From an uncultured Nitrososphaeraceae archaeon (GTDB taxonomy: Archaea; Thermoproteota; Nitrososphaeria; Nitrososphaerales; Nitrososphaeraceae), in NCBI GenBank assembly GCA_963779615.1, contig CAVZZA010000003.1, positions 704,001 through 768,000 on the forward strand: a stretch of 64,000 nucleotides of DNA, read 5' to 3'. Both the position numbers and the translations under genes were made by a program. This document shows positions 11,295 through 22,869 of this stretch, piece after piece. Within the stretch, counting starts at the first letter, position 1; every line of letters begins with the position of its first letter. The notes under the pieces were generated by a model. The model was not told the origin of the DNA. It did no database searches and saw nothing but the letters and a program-made list of their open reading frames with translations.

Positions 11295-12334
11295 AGTATG
11301 TTAAAAACAGATTTCGTTGATCTAGTACTAAACCATTTACTATTCTACAATATTTATTTCTGACAATTTACACTATCCCCTGCATATAAATGTCCGTTAA
11401 AAATTCATTTTAAATAATTTTGGCATTTAACATATCAAATTCAAATAATTTAAGCGAATACTATCCCCAAAATCCATGCAATATATGGATTCAACGGATT
11501 ATTTTACTCCAAGCATTAATTTTATTGCACAAATAACTTTTTTATTTGGGTTATAGTGAGCACCGTTTGTTTCCATTGTTGTTTTTGTGAAGTTAGGAAC
11601 AGGGGTAATTTTCATTACAAGGCATTCCAGGTAGCAACATTCAAACACAAATAACATAATTGCTACAGTAAGTCTAATCATTCAAAAAGAGATGAACATC
11701 AGTCTAACAACATGTCAGGAATATGAAATAGCATTTGAAGCAAAAAAAGGGATCAAAAATGGCATGTTTGATACAATGACACAAAAAGATACGCTTTTTT
11801 GTGATAAATGATCGCTATAAAAATATTTTAAAAAATTTAAAATCGGGTTGAAATATTGCTGGCAAAAGTACATCGGGGGTTCCTAATGGAGTATACATAA
11901 ATTGATACCAAGAATAATATCTCCTGAATCCTTCACTGGTGACTATAGGCCCATGTCATATAGCCAAAAATAATAACTGCACATAAAATGCCACTTTTCG
12001 CTTATCCTAAGGAATTGAAAGGTTTCAAAAAATGTCCCTTTCATCTGGAATTCCAAACATGTTCCATTTATTTTGATTTTCTCCCCATATCTTTCACTCA
12101 TTTTTTTTTGTTTATTTTTTGTTTGTTTTGGTTATAATCTTTTTTATACTGGGTTTGTTATTTGGACGGCATTGTGTCAACAATCTACTATAAAAAAATA
12201 CAAGATCTAATCGGCAAACACAACTTTCATTTTTAAAGTTTGGAAAATTTGATGATGAGTTCCTGATCAGGATTATTTCTGAAATAGATATTTTTATGTG
12301 CACCCTCGTGAATTTTTTTTTTCATTCTTGCCTT

Positions 12335-14080
12335 TTAGCCCTCCTCACGCCCACTGCCTTCTCTCCATGCGTTCTCCTTTAATGGCAAACTAAAGGTAAA
12401 TTTTGTTCCCCCTATCCCATCATCGTTATTTTCAGCCCAAATTCTGCCCCCGTGAATTTCAACAATACTCTTTGAAATAAACAGTCCTAGGCCGGTTCCC
12501 TTAAATGATTTTGTAGCAAACTTTGAGAATAACTTGGGAGATATTTCGCTGTTTATGCCACTACCGGTATCCTTCACCGTTACAATAACTTCTTTTTTAT
12601 CATCACCATTCTTCTCGACTTTACATGTAACGGATATATCCCCATCTTTTGTAAACTTTATAGCGTTATCCACTAAATTAGAAATAACCTGTGTTGTTCG
12701 CTCCTTGTCGGCCACCACAACAATAGAATTGCCAGCAGCATCATCATCATCATTATGGATTAATTTGACATTGGAATCAGCGGTCTTATTAATTTGATTC
12801 CTATAATCATCAACCACATTAGATATTACTTCATTTAAGTCGAATTGCTCTTTATCCAGTCTTAACGACTGGCTTTCAATTGCCGTTACATCCAATATAT
12901 TGTTTATAAGTCTTTGAAGTCGTTGGGCATTTCGGTATATACCCGTCACTAACTCCTCTTTAATTTCAGGGTGTTTTTTTAAAAGGCCGCTAAATCCCAA
13001 AATAGATTGAGCTGGTGTCCTCAATTCATGCGCTGCAACATTAATAAACTCCTTTTGCATTTTATCGTGAATCCGTAGGTGTTCATACAACTCAGTTTCC
13101 AGCCATAGACTTTCAAATATGGATACATAAGACAATACGCCCGCTGCACTGTTAGAAAAGGTTGATAGCCCTACTGCTTCAACAAAGGTGGGTTTGGAGT
13201 CATCTTTTAACTCCATCACCAAGGAAAGGCTTTTATCGACTATCAAGACGGTAGATTTTGTCGCCGACATCTGCTCTATATGTCGAACGTCAATATTATG
13301 AACAATATCAATAGGCAAAAGGGTTTTATTATCATCATCTTCCAGGTCAGATTGTGGACCGCCACCATTCTCTTTTATATTTCCAATTCCATTTTCAGTA
13401 AAGTTTTTTCTAGGCATTAGGATTCTAACCTTTACGTTGCGTTCTTTTGCGGCTTTTCTAAATGACTGTATTATTCCTAATTTTTTTTGGCGTACAAATG
13501 CATTTAGTGTAGGAAATATAATCATTATTTCTCTTTTAGCACTGTTTACAAGTTCCAGGTAAAGTTCCTTTGACCTATTAGAATTTTGGATGAGATCTAC
13601 GGTATGAGGTTTCAGATCTTCTTCAATTTCTCTTATCCTCCGCTCTGCAGGAATAGATTTATCCCATAACGTTTCAAAAAGAAATCGATGTAGTTCCACA
13701 ATTTCTTTTACATTACTATATACAACCTTAGGTAAAGGTTGTAATTCATGTAAAGTGGAAGTGGCCAAAAATTCTGATTCATTTACTGCATAGTTTCCCT
13801 TCAGTTTATCCAAATGCCGCAGTTCATCCGGACTAATAATCTTCAAGATTTCCTTACAATAGAGAATATTATCTTTAGTGATTTCAGTAATGAGTTTGTA
13901 TTTTATACCCCTGTTAACACAATTAACAAACATATTCCGAATAGGTTCAAGTTGTAATAATACTGACGGGAACTTTGAATCAGCACAAACAAATATCATG
14001 CTTTTAGCATTTGTTGAAAATCGCAATTGCATTCTTGTTGCGTCTTCTATTCCATACAAGACTTCAGTCTTCTCAGACAT
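12335..14080 (-). CDS. Cytoplasmic sensor histidine kinase (HisKA + HATPase_c) with two N-terminal PLD/TrmB-like domains
   Basis: H-box FINVAAHELRTP, N-box NLVDNAIKFT, G1 DTGSGI, F-box LFSKF, G2 GTGLGL; no transmembrane segments. Confidence 0.92.
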   Translation of the reverse strand: MSEKTEVLYGIEDATRMQLRFSTNAKSMIFVCADSKFPSVLLQLEPIRNMFVNCVNRGIKYKLITEITKDNILYCKEILKIISPDELRHLDKLKGNYAVNESEFLATSTLHELQPLPKVVYSNVKEIVELHRFLFETLWDKSIPAERRIREIEEDLKPHTVDLIQNSNRSKELYLELVNSAKREIMIIFPTLNAFVRQKKLGIIQSFRKAAKERNVKVRILMPRKNFTENGIGNIKENGGGPQSDLEDDDNKTLLPIDIVHNIDVRHIEQMSATKSTVLIVDKSLSLVMELKDDSKPTFVEAVGLSTFSNSAAGVLSYVSIFESLWLETELYEHLRIHDKMQKEFINVAAHELRTPAQSILGFSGLLKKHPEIKEELVTGIYRNAQRLQRLINNILDVTAIESQSLRLDKEQFDLNEVISNVVDDYRNQINKTADSNVKLIHNDDDDAAGNSIVVVADKERTTQVISNLVDNAIKFTKDGDISVTCKVEKNGDDKKEVIVTVKDTGSGINSEISPKLFSKFATKSFKGTGLGLFISKSIVEIHGGRIWAENNDDGIGGTKFTFSLPLKENAWREGSGREEG

Positions 14081-14741
14081 ATTGGGTAGGGTTGCCAGTA
14101 AAGATCATAGCATCACCTAATATAAAAAACGATAGAAAATAAGGATCTATAATTATCGCCTTTATAATTTATCACTCAAATTCAGGTGAAGAAAATACTG
14201 GATAAAACACGAGATTAATTATTAAACAAAATAATGACTTGTACATATTCTAAAATTATTTAAAAAAATTAGACGCCTTAATTTATATTTAAATTATCAT
14301 CACATGCATATTAACGATATTTGAAAACCAGATTGATTCTGGATTAGCGAATAAACCATCGATAGGGATTGAAATAGACTGAACATATGCGATTAAATTA
14401 TTCAAATGATTACCATAACCTTAGATAAATTATCAGAATATTCTTAAATGCACCATTATTTATAAATAAAAGATTTTAAATATTATAGCATACAGCTTAA
14501 TTATCAGACATATTTAATCCTTTACCAGACACAACTTTCAAATCCTAATAAGGATATTATTATGCTTAAAAGAGGGAACAGGTCAAACTCTTGTCATTTA
14601 GTAAATATATAGAAAATGTAACACCAAATAAAAAGAAGAACAAGTCATTTGAATAGGAATTTGAAATTTATAATTTTATATTAACATAGTTCAAAGTATT
14701 TATAGAATGGAATATGATAACAGCATTAATTCTCTTATAGA

Positions 14742-15398
14742 CTAGGCCTTATCTTCCAATTCCTTTATCCTATTTATAATGTAATTCATACTCGAATAAC
14801 TTGGGACTCTATCCAGTAACTGTTTTAGCTTTTTAAGATAAACCAACTCCTCTCGATCATTTTTTATCAAATAATAAAGACTTATGAGGTTAAAATAATC
14901 AGTTGCCACCTGAAACAAATCGTTTAACTCCTCATCCATCTTTAAAGCCATTTTGGCATAGCTGAGGGCTTCGTCCAGTTCACCCTTATCCTGCAAAATC
15001 TGTCCAATGTTGTTATAACTAACTGCCATCCCAACCTTATCATTCAACTTTGTCTGGATTTCAAGGGCCTTTTTGGAATGGCTGAGGGCTTCGTCCAGTT
15101 CACCCTTATCCTGCAAGATCGTTCCAATGTTGTTATAATCTATAGCCATCCCAACCTTATCATTCAACTTTGCTTGGATTTCAAGGGCCTTTTTGGAATG
15201 GCTGAGGGCTTCGTCCAGTTCACCCTTATCCTTTAAAATCTGTCCAATATTGCTATAATCTCGGGCAATACTACCCTCATCTTTTTTTTCTTCACTTTCT
15301 TTCAGAGACATTCTAGCAGACTTTAGAGAGTTATCCAATTCAGATTTATTCCGAGTAATTCGTCCATTAATATTGTCATCACCAGTCATCCCAATCAT
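14742..15398 (-). CDS. Tetratricopeptide-repeat protein (40-aa units)
   Basis: Three units YxNIGxILxDKGELDEALSHSKKALEI. Confidence 0.85.
   Translation of the reverse strand: MIGMTGDDNINGRITRNKSELDNSLKSARMSLKESEEKKDEGSIARDYSNIGQILKDKGELDEALSHSKKALEIQAKLNDKVGMAIDYNNIGTILQDKGELDEALSHSKKALEIQTKLNDKVGMAVSYNNIGQILQDKGELDEALSYAKMALKMDEELNDLFQVATDYFNLISLYYLIKNDREELVYLKKLKQLLDRVPSYSSMNYIINRIKELEDKA
14951..15260. repeat. About 2.6 copies of a 120-bp coding tandem repeat
   Basis: GCTGAGGGCTTCGTCCAGTTCACCCTTATCC recurs at 14961, 15081 and 15201. Confidence 0.9.
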
Positions 15399-15651
15399 AT
15401 CATTTAACTCTATTATTTATCTGTTAATCTACTTTGGCATGTCGAACATGATGGAAAAATCAAATTTAACACTATTTTGCGATAGGTATTGTACCAGCAG
15501 AGATTTGCGAGCCGCATTCATCATAACAGATATGAATTTTGACAACACAACCAACACGTCATTGTACAAATAGAAAATGTTTTGAAAGTTTACAAATTAA
15601 GCGTAAAAATAGAAAAAATAAATAGATCTTTATAAAGAATGTTAGTGTAAT

Positions 15652-15975
15652 ATGAACATGAGTGAATCATCAGAACAAGGTAACAATAACAAAGATCAAA
15701 AAGCTTCAAACTGGTCAGAAGCAATTTCAAAAATCATAGACAAATTAGTAAGTAAGGACGTCTCGGTAATGTATACATTTGATAATCTTCAGATTGATGT
15801 CCCCCAAGCACGCGGTCCTGGCGGAAAGGAATTAGGAGGCGCCAAATGGGTAGTGGATGGCAAAATAACCATTACCTCAACCTCAGCCACAGGCGCAATC
15901 AACAAAGAGGAACTGACGCGTTCAAACAAGGGAAGTGAGTCATTAACCGATTCATCAAAGTACGTAACCGCCTAG
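15652..15975 (+). CDS. Hypothetical protein
   Basis: 107 aa ORF, TTTATAAA about 25 bp upstream of ATG. Confidence 0.7.
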   Translation: MNMSESSEQGNNNKDQKASNWSEAISKIIDKLVSKDVSVMYTFDNLQIDVPQARGPGGKELGGAKWVVDGKITITSTSATGAINKEELTRSNKGSESLTDSSKYVTA

Positions 15976-15989
15976 GATAGTGTCCTTTT

Positions 15990-16334
15990 TTGAATATAAG
16001 AGGCAACATACGAATAGATTTTAATGAATCTCCTCTTTTATCCCTAGAATTCAAAGAAGATATAATAATAGATGTTAAAGATACGTCAATCTTTGATTTG
16101 ATTGAGACTGACAGTAAATTAAGTTTTATGGATTTGATCCATGATGCAAGGGATGTTGCGAAACTTTTAAAGGATAATCATTTAACAGCTATTGTAAATA
16201 TAAAAGGAAAAGAGACACTCATTCTCGGCGAGAAAGCCAAACCATCAATTTCACAAATAATAAGTAAAAGCAAAGACATACAGATAAAAAATGTCATAGA
16301 AGCAGCCAAAATTTCAAAAGAAGTTATGGATTAA
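15990..16334 (+). CDS. Hypothetical protein, likely co-transcribed with 15652-15975
   Basis: 114 aa ORF (TTG start) 14 bp after previous stop. Confidence 0.65.
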   Translation: MNIRGNIRIDFNESPLLSLEFKEDIIIDVKDTSIFDLIETDSKLSFMDLIHDARDVAKLLKDNHLTAIVNIKGKETLILGEKAKPSISQIISKSKDIQIKNVIEAAKISKEVMD

Positions 16335-16627
16335 TTTATTCAATTATTTTTTTATTATAGCACATTATTGATTTGATATGCTTATCAACACATAGCATCT
16401 AATTTATTGCCGGTCAAGTAATTGATAACAAGCATTCTTGAATCAACATAGATTAAAGAACATAATATTTAACACTATTTCCAAAAAAATCCAAAATAAC
16501 ACCAAGTCGATACCATCATAAGGCCAACAAAAATTGTTATCAAACCTCATTACCTAAAATGCACCAATCACATCAAAATTATGAATACAGAACAAAAGGC
16601 CTAAAAAAATCAGAAAGTATAACTATT

Positions 16628-17095
16628 TTAATTTGTTGGAGACATGTACCAAATAATTTTATTTCCAGATGAAATACAGTCTACAGAAACGATTCTCTCC
16701 TCGCTGATTGTTAAAGTAGATTCACAAGAGCCGTTTATACCATCATCAACTATCTTTTCTATTTGTAATTTTAGTGGTGGAGACGGCGATAGACTAACCT
16801 CTTCTAAAAACTCTTCTTTTATTTTTGTCAGGTTGTTACCGACAATAGAGGAGACTATTTTGGTAGAGTTATCAATGTTTCCAATTATTCTTTGCCCGAA
16901 TATCAAAATGTAAGTTTTTTTGTCAGTTGCATTCCCAGGAAAGTTTTTCAATTGCATAGATGAAGCATTACTTTGCGCGCTAGATTGCTGTAATTTATTA
17001 TTTTGAGTTAAAACAGCAACAGACAAAAGTAAAGAAACGCCAATAGACAAAATTATGGTTGATGTTAACTGGACCATATCGAAGATACAATCCAA
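16628..17095 (-). CDS. Hypothetical secreted/membrane-anchored protein
   Basis: N-terminal hydrophobic segment IILSIGVSLLLSVAVL; true start may be ATG 17077. Confidence 0.65.
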   Translation of the reverse strand: MDCIFDMVQLTSTIILSIGVSLLLSVAVLTQNNKLQQSSAQSNASSMQLKNFPGNATDKKTYILIFGQRIIGNIDNSTKIVSSIVGNNLTKIKEEFLEEVSLSPSPPLKLQIEKIVDDGINGSCESTLTISEERIVSVDCISSGNKIIWYMSPTN

Positions 17096-17266
17096 ACACC
17101 AAAATAAAGTTTGACATCATAATTTCAAACCACCATCAAAAAACTATTGTAAATAACAAATAAGAACCCGAGGCGCTTTAATGAAAACACAACTAAAACC
17201 AAACTACAAAAACAGCATATGCTAAGACCTAGTAAATCCATTCCTTTTGTTATCAATACAAAAATT

Positions 17267-17404
17267 GCTTTGTTGCATAACTCAAATTTTCGTGTTTTTT
17301 AGGCGTGCTGGTTTTATTTCCTTAGGAAAGAATAATCGATATTCATATCATCCTGATATGTGCTCTATTGTAAATTGACGAATTTCATAGTTATGCGACA
17401 AAGC
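17267..17404. mobile_element. 138-bp MITE derived from the IS903-like element
   Basis: TIRs GCTTTGTTGCATAACT / AGTTATGCGACAAAGC match the ends of the 4319 and 26513 elements; flanks ACAAAAATT and ACAGAAAATT resemble a 9-bp target duplication. Confidence 0.85.
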
Positions 17405-17479
17405 ACAGAAAATTGAAGAGTCAAATAAAATACCGGATTGTACATATTCTCTAGAATAAGTGTGATTTCAAACATCAAA

Positions 17480-17872
17480 CTAAATACCAGAATCACAAAC
17501 ATCAAAAAATCCTAGTTTGCCCAAATAAGGAATACCTTTATCAAATTTTACAGCATCTTTGATTAAAAAACCATACATACAACCGTTATTCAGAACTTTC
17601 TTCAAGGAATAGTGTTTACCTACATCTAATGCAAATTCGTAATTATTTAGATATTTTTTAATACCATATAAAGACGCCTTGCCTATAATGACCCCTTTGG
17701 TAACTGTATCGACATTTATTTTATAATAATTACAAGATTCAATATCTATAGTTTTTGAGGCATGTATCAAAAAATTCCCTCTATAACTAGTAGACCATTT
17801 TCTTGATTCAATTGTTTTTTTACCGACTGCAAGCAATTCAGCATATGGCTGTTTTAATGATAAACATTTCAT
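17480..17872 (-). CDS. ASCH domain protein
   Basis: LSLKQPYAELLAVGKKTIESRKWST.YRG.FLIHAS and G.IIG, GKLGFF signature. Confidence 0.9.
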   Translation of the reverse strand: MKCLSLKQPYAELLAVGKKTIESRKWSTSYRGNFLIHASKTIDIESCNYYKINVDTVTKGVIIGKASLYGIKKYLNNYEFALDVGKHYSLKKVLNNGCMYGFLIKDAVKFDKGIPYLGKLGFFDVCDSGI

Positions 17873-18213
17873 AAATACTGTTATTTCACAATAAAATAGT
17901 ATTAACGTTACAAACTACCAATAAAAATGATTTATTAAATACATATTTGCTTTAAAATTGCTAACATTACAATGTATATTTCACAATGATTATTTCATAG
18001 ATATGAGTTATAATCATGCTTTAATAAAACTGGATAGAATATTACAAAAATTAAAAAACTGAATACCCCCAATCCATCGAAATGCATGACGTAAAAAAGT
18101 TGATGTCAGACACGCAATAAGAAATAAAAAAAGCGGCATCATTAGAAAATTATTATAGAATAATTATAAAAATAGTTCATATATAAATAATATATTATAT
18201 ATATACAATCGTC

Positions 18214-18528
18214 ATGAGCATATTAACTCTAATAATCGGAATAATTGTTTCAACAATAATTATTTACATCGTTACCAAACTTCTCGGAGAAAAAGAAGGT
18301 ATAAAAACAGCTTTTTTCGCTGCAGTAATTGGCTCGGTAGTATTTGGAGTAATCCACATGTTTACAAGTGGTTTACTAGCTGCAGCTATAGGCGGAATCG
18401 TATGGTTCTTTGCTTTGAAATGGCTCTACAACATGGGCTGGTTAAAAACAATCGTAGTTGCAGTAATACTCTGGATTGTCGCGTCAATAGTTGGAGTAAT
18501 TTTGCCAACAGGAATGGGCCCATTTTAA
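18214..18528 (+). CDS. Small integral membrane protein (about 4 TM)
   Basis: 104 aa, almost entirely hydrophobic helices. Confidence 0.8.
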   Translation: MSILTLIIGIIVSTIIIYIVTKLLGEKEGIKTAFFAAVIGSVVFGVIHMFTSGLLAAAIGGIVWFFALKWLYNMGWLKTIVVAVILWIVASIVGVILPTGMGPF

Positions 18529-19240
18529 AAAGACAATCACCAATTCTTTTTACCGATCAAAAATTTTTTTTTATTTTTTTATTCATTTGTGCCAACAACA
18601 CTTTAATAAAAAGCCCATTAAAAGGCAAACACCATAATCAAAATCAAGTTCACCATTATGAACTATAGAGTTCTCTACACAATTAAGAAAAATCTTCAAA
18701 GTAAGAAAGTAATATCATATTGATATTTGACTGCGATTGTCAGAGTTTGTCGGAACGATTCCCAATTTTATTTAATTTAATAAATTAATGTGTATGTATA
18801 TTTTAAGACCCAAAATAAATCAGATGTGGTCATTAAAAATCTCGAGTTTAGAGCCAATTTAGATACAAACAAGTGTAGAATAACATTAAATATTCACCGA
18901 CTCTGGATGTCATGAATAACAAACAGCCAATAATTTCGTTCTCCACATTATCTAACAGAAAACCAGATTAAATGGTTTTTAAAAAAACAGGTAACAACAT
19001 ACCGCTCAGTACATAGAAAACGCCAACAATAAATAAACAAAATCGTAATTGTAGAGAAATCATGCTCAATACAATATTTGTCAAAAATACAGAATAAAAT
19101 GCCTACTTTTATTAACTAATTTTTGAAAAAGGATTTTTAAATCCTGATGCCATAACATGTCGCAAAATAATAGGGAAATACTTTTCAAGGAAATTTATCA
19201 ATTAAATAAAGGATACAATTTTAATAACATACCCTGCATT

Positions 19241-19879
19241 TTAAATCCGAGGACCTGGCAGATTCCAGCCATATTTTATCGCAAGTAATCTAATAGAAGT
19301 CGCAGAAACCACCCCTCCGATTGCAGCGATAGTAGGATCGACTACCATCAAAAGCAAATAGAAAATTGTTATGCCTATAAAACTTGCTGTGACATACAAT
19401 TCCTTGACAAAAACGATTGGAATTTCATTTACAAACACGTCACGCAATATACCACCCCCTATCGCAGTTAATATTCCCGAAAAAGCCATAATCAAAAAAT
19501 TATGACCAAATAATGTGTAGGCAAAAGTTGCACCTAAGACGGTAAAAACGCCAACCCCTATTGCATCAAATTTTAAGAAAAGATTCCAATGCTTCTTTAG
19601 TCTTGGATAGAGGAAAAAAATTATGATTGCAGTTGAAGTTGTTATCAAAAGATAAACAGGATTGACTATTGAAGTTGGCGGAAACCTTCCAAAGAGAACA
19701 TCACGAATTATCCCCCCACCAAGGCCTGTAATAACCGAGAGGATTATGACCCCGACAATATCTGATTTTTGTTCTATTGCTTTAAATGAGCCCGTCACTG
19801 CAAATGCCATTGTGCCAAAAAAATCTAGCAAATGAATAACCAATGGATAAATAGATAAGGTGGAAGAAAAGTCGTACAT
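19241..19879 (-). CDS. Trimeric intracellular cation channel (TRIC / UPF0126, YadS-like) family protein
   Basis: Two repeats with GTMAFAVTG..GGGIIRDVL and DAIGVGVF..GGGILRDVF..EIP..ELY. Confidence 0.9.
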   Translation of the reverse strand: MYDFSSTLSIYPLVIHLLDFFGTMAFAVTGSFKAIEQKSDIVGVIILSVITGLGGGIIRDVLFGRFPPTSIVNPVYLLITTSTAIIIFFLYPRLKKHWNLFLKFDAIGVGVFTVLGATFAYTLFGHNFLIMAFSGILTAIGGGILRDVFVNEIPIVFVKELYVTASFIGITIFYLLLMVVDPTIAAIGGVVSATSIRLLAIKYGWNLPGPRI

Positions 19880-20357
19880 TTGAAATAATTTAACACACCT
19901 AAATATAATCGGAATTATTTTAATGGAGTAGGTTCATCGACACTCAAAAAAATTTGCCGGGCAATTAAAAGTTTTTCAAAAGAAATCAACGCCATCAAAA
20001 CAGATTACCAATTTACCCCCCTAAAAAGTATTTTGTGATTAGTGTTACCAATTGGTTTAATTTACTCGGATAAAACCCGCTTCTAAAGCCCTTGCAAAAA
20101 CAAACAATTATGTAAATGTTTTTTAATTTTTAATTAAAACATGCAGAAAGATAATTCATTACCCTTCTTATGTTACTACAGAAAATCGCTTTATCCCATT
20201 CATTTAGATATATTCCACATAATAACACAATTAGCTCAAATGGAGGAAAATAAAAATATAATGGATTCATTTCACAAATAAAACATATTTTTCCAATCCA
20301 AATAGAAATGACAATCAAAAAGAATCTATAGAGAAAAATATGTTATAGAAATATAGT

Positions 20358-20924
20358 TCATTTTTGGGATATTGCAGGGCTGTTTATAATAACATTTGTT
20401 TTTATAATTTGAATTTCGCCAGTTCTTTGAGCTTGTTCAATGTCCTGCGAGGATTTTAACAGTCTTGCATTTGCAGTATCAATCCATTTTACAAGGTTGA
20501 GCTGAACCAATGGGCTATAGCCCTTATCTCCGGGCAATGCCGTTGCTACAGGCAGTTGAAATCCAAAACCTCCCTCCCCTTTTACTCCGTTAAGAAAGTC
20601 ATATCCTTGTTGAATGTATGATTTCGGAATTGATGCTAAATCCGGTACATAGTTTATTTCATGTCCAAGACTTGCGGTCATAGAGGTAGCAGTTTGATTA
20701 TCCGAAGTATCGGTTGCAATAAACAAACTTATCTCTCCATCCCCATATCCTTTTGAAAAATTAAAGGGAATTGTATCTCTTGTTGTTGCAAAGGCCATTG
20801 AATCAACATCGATAACAAGAAGAAAATACAAAATAGACGTGATAGAAATCATGGTTTTGTATTTATTTGACACCATAGAATAGCAATTCATGCCATAGTT
20901 CTTAAAAATTATCATTTTGCTCAC
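20358..20924 (-). CDS. Secreted hypothetical protein (archaeal PGDxGYSPL-motif family)
   Basis: Signal-like N-terminus; motifs FIATDTSD, YDFLNGVKG.G.FGFQ and PGDKGYSPL, INSP; start may be ATG 20876. Confidence 0.7.
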   Translation of the reverse strand: MSKMIIFKNYGMNCYSMVSNKYKTMISITSILYFLLVIDVDSMAFATTRDTIPFNFSKGYGDGEISLFIATDTSDNQTATSMTASLGHEINYVPDLASIPKSYIQQGYDFLNGVKGEGGFGFQLPVATALPGDKGYSPLVQLNLVKWIDTANARLLKSSQDIEQAQRTGEIQIIKTNVIINSPAISQK

Positions 20925-21024
20925 ATATTGAAAAACAAAGCATACAAATTATACGCATTAATTCAATAGAACAGTATTTTTAATTTTGAAAACTCAATAA
21001 AATCAATAGCCACAAAAAACATAA

Positions 21025-22224
21025 TCAAACATATGGGCTACCAAAAACAAGGGATTTAAAGGAGGAGGTCCTGGTGTCGACATTATCTGTGCGTGCGATA
21101 ACATAGCCAGAGCCTTGCTTTAGAGCATCCACGAATCCATCTTTATCTTTAATTCTATCATAAGTTTTTAATTTGGATAAATCTTTCAAAGTCCAATAAG
21201 GAATCAAAACCCCAGAACCATCATCAATAAAAGTTTCTATCATCCTTGTGTCATCACGTGTCAAATAGGTTTTAACCTTTAAATTTACATCCTCTTTATT
21301 AAGTAAATTATTAAAGAACAAGGGATGTCCCTTTTTATCCAAATTATGGAAAATAAAATCATCTCCTGCGAATTGTTTCATTTTGTCAAAATCATATTTT
21401 ACATAGGTTTTATTTGCTCTATACTCCAAAAGATTAGGTTTACTGTCATTAGAAACATCAAACAATACGCCAAAACCTCTTTCTTCATCAGACGCATTGC
21501 TTCCATGACGCCCCGTATTGAATTGTAAAACCATATATGTCTCATTTTGGTATTTACCTTTTGGCTCTTTGAAAAATCCATTGACATTACCCGTCCATAT
21601 AATTTCTTGATTTTTTGCAGAGTCCATATCAGGCATCCCATCGGGTTTTTCTCTCACTATTTTGATACGGGGAGAATTTATATCATGATTCTGGGTTTGG
21701 ATATGTTCTTGAAAATCCATAGCCACTCCAATTTTGTTTTGGGGATTAATAGGATCCACCATCTCATATGAATAGCTTTGATTGAATTTTGTATCGGCTA
21801 TTAAAAGACCGCTCTCATCAAAATTACTTGAATTTAGTTTATCCTCACCTTTGCCTTTATATTTATCAATGGCATTTGACTTACAAACTGTCTTGGATCC
21901 GCTTTCATTTGACAATTGACAGGAATCAATAGGCAAAATTTTTACAAATGGACATGTTTTACTATAATTAATATCGTTACTTTTCATCAATATTGTATTA
22001 TTTTTTTTAGTATAGTTATTCGCCATCATCAAAGACGGATTCTCACTATCACGTAAAGGCAAGCAATTGGATATGTCAGTAGTATTTATTAAAACAAAAG
22101 GTTTTTTCTGCAGGGAATCACCAACAGCATTTTTAAATCCAAAATTTGAAACTACACTTAAAAATATAGAAACAACAAATAAAGTAATTAAACAATTTAA
22201 AAAGGATAACGATGTCAATTTCAT
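21025..22224 (-). CDS. Secreted hypothetical protein
   Basis: 399 aa ORF, N-terminal hydrophobic signal, four Cys in the N-terminal region after the signal. Confidence 0.75.
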   Translation of the reverse strand: MKLTSLSFLNCLITLFVVSIFLSVVSNFGFKNAVGDSLQKKPFVLINTTDISNCLPLRDSENPSLMMANNYTKKNNTILMKSNDINYSKTCPFVKILPIDSCQLSNESGSKTVCKSNAIDKYKGKGEDKLNSSNFDESGLLIADTKFNQSYSYEMVDPINPQNKIGVAMDFQEHIQTQNHDINSPRIKIVREKPDGMPDMDSAKNQEIIWTGNVNGFFKEPKGKYQNETYMVLQFNTGRHGSNASDEERGFGVLFDVSNDSKPNLLEYRANKTYVKYDFDKMKQFAGDDFIFHNLDKKGHPLFFNNLLNKEDVNLKVKTYLTRDDTRMIETFIDDGSGVLIPYWTLKDLSKLKTYDRIKDKDGFVDALKQGSGYVIARTDNVDTRTSSFKSLVFGSPYV

Positions 22225-22869
22225 GGGTATCTAATTATATCAAGTTAAATATTCATATATAAAATAATAATTTAATTATAATAAACAAGTTTTTAAAATT
22301 CGGCAAAAGACCTCCAGCACAGTTGAGGGCATATCAATTAGGATATTTTCTAATACTTATATATAAACTTTATCGGCATTGCGAATGAATTATGTATTGT
22401 AATTTTTATAAATTTTTTATGAAATAGACATGCCACAGATTCGTATAAGAAGTAGGCTCAATCTTAAATTTTATTTTATGATTGTAGACTCTTTTTGTGC
22501 ATATAGGTCTCTTTTAGTTCAGATGGTCATACAAACCAAAACAAGACATTTGTGGTTTCAAATAAAAATGTTTTACAATGCCATTTATAGAATATTATTT
22601 TAATAATTTTTTACATCTCAAACCACCAAATCGCCATATGAAATTTAAATAGATATGTGATTTAACAAATCGCCTAAACAACATTTGCAGTTATCTAAAA
22701 TATTTATTAACAATTACAATTTATGTACAAAATATAAAATTAGTCGATACTACCACCACTATTGGAAAGGGAAAGGTTCAGAGAAAACATCGTAAAAAAG
22801 AGGCCGATATACACAATAAACAAAAAGTGACAAACAATGAAGAAAAAATATAAAAATAATCGTCAATAT

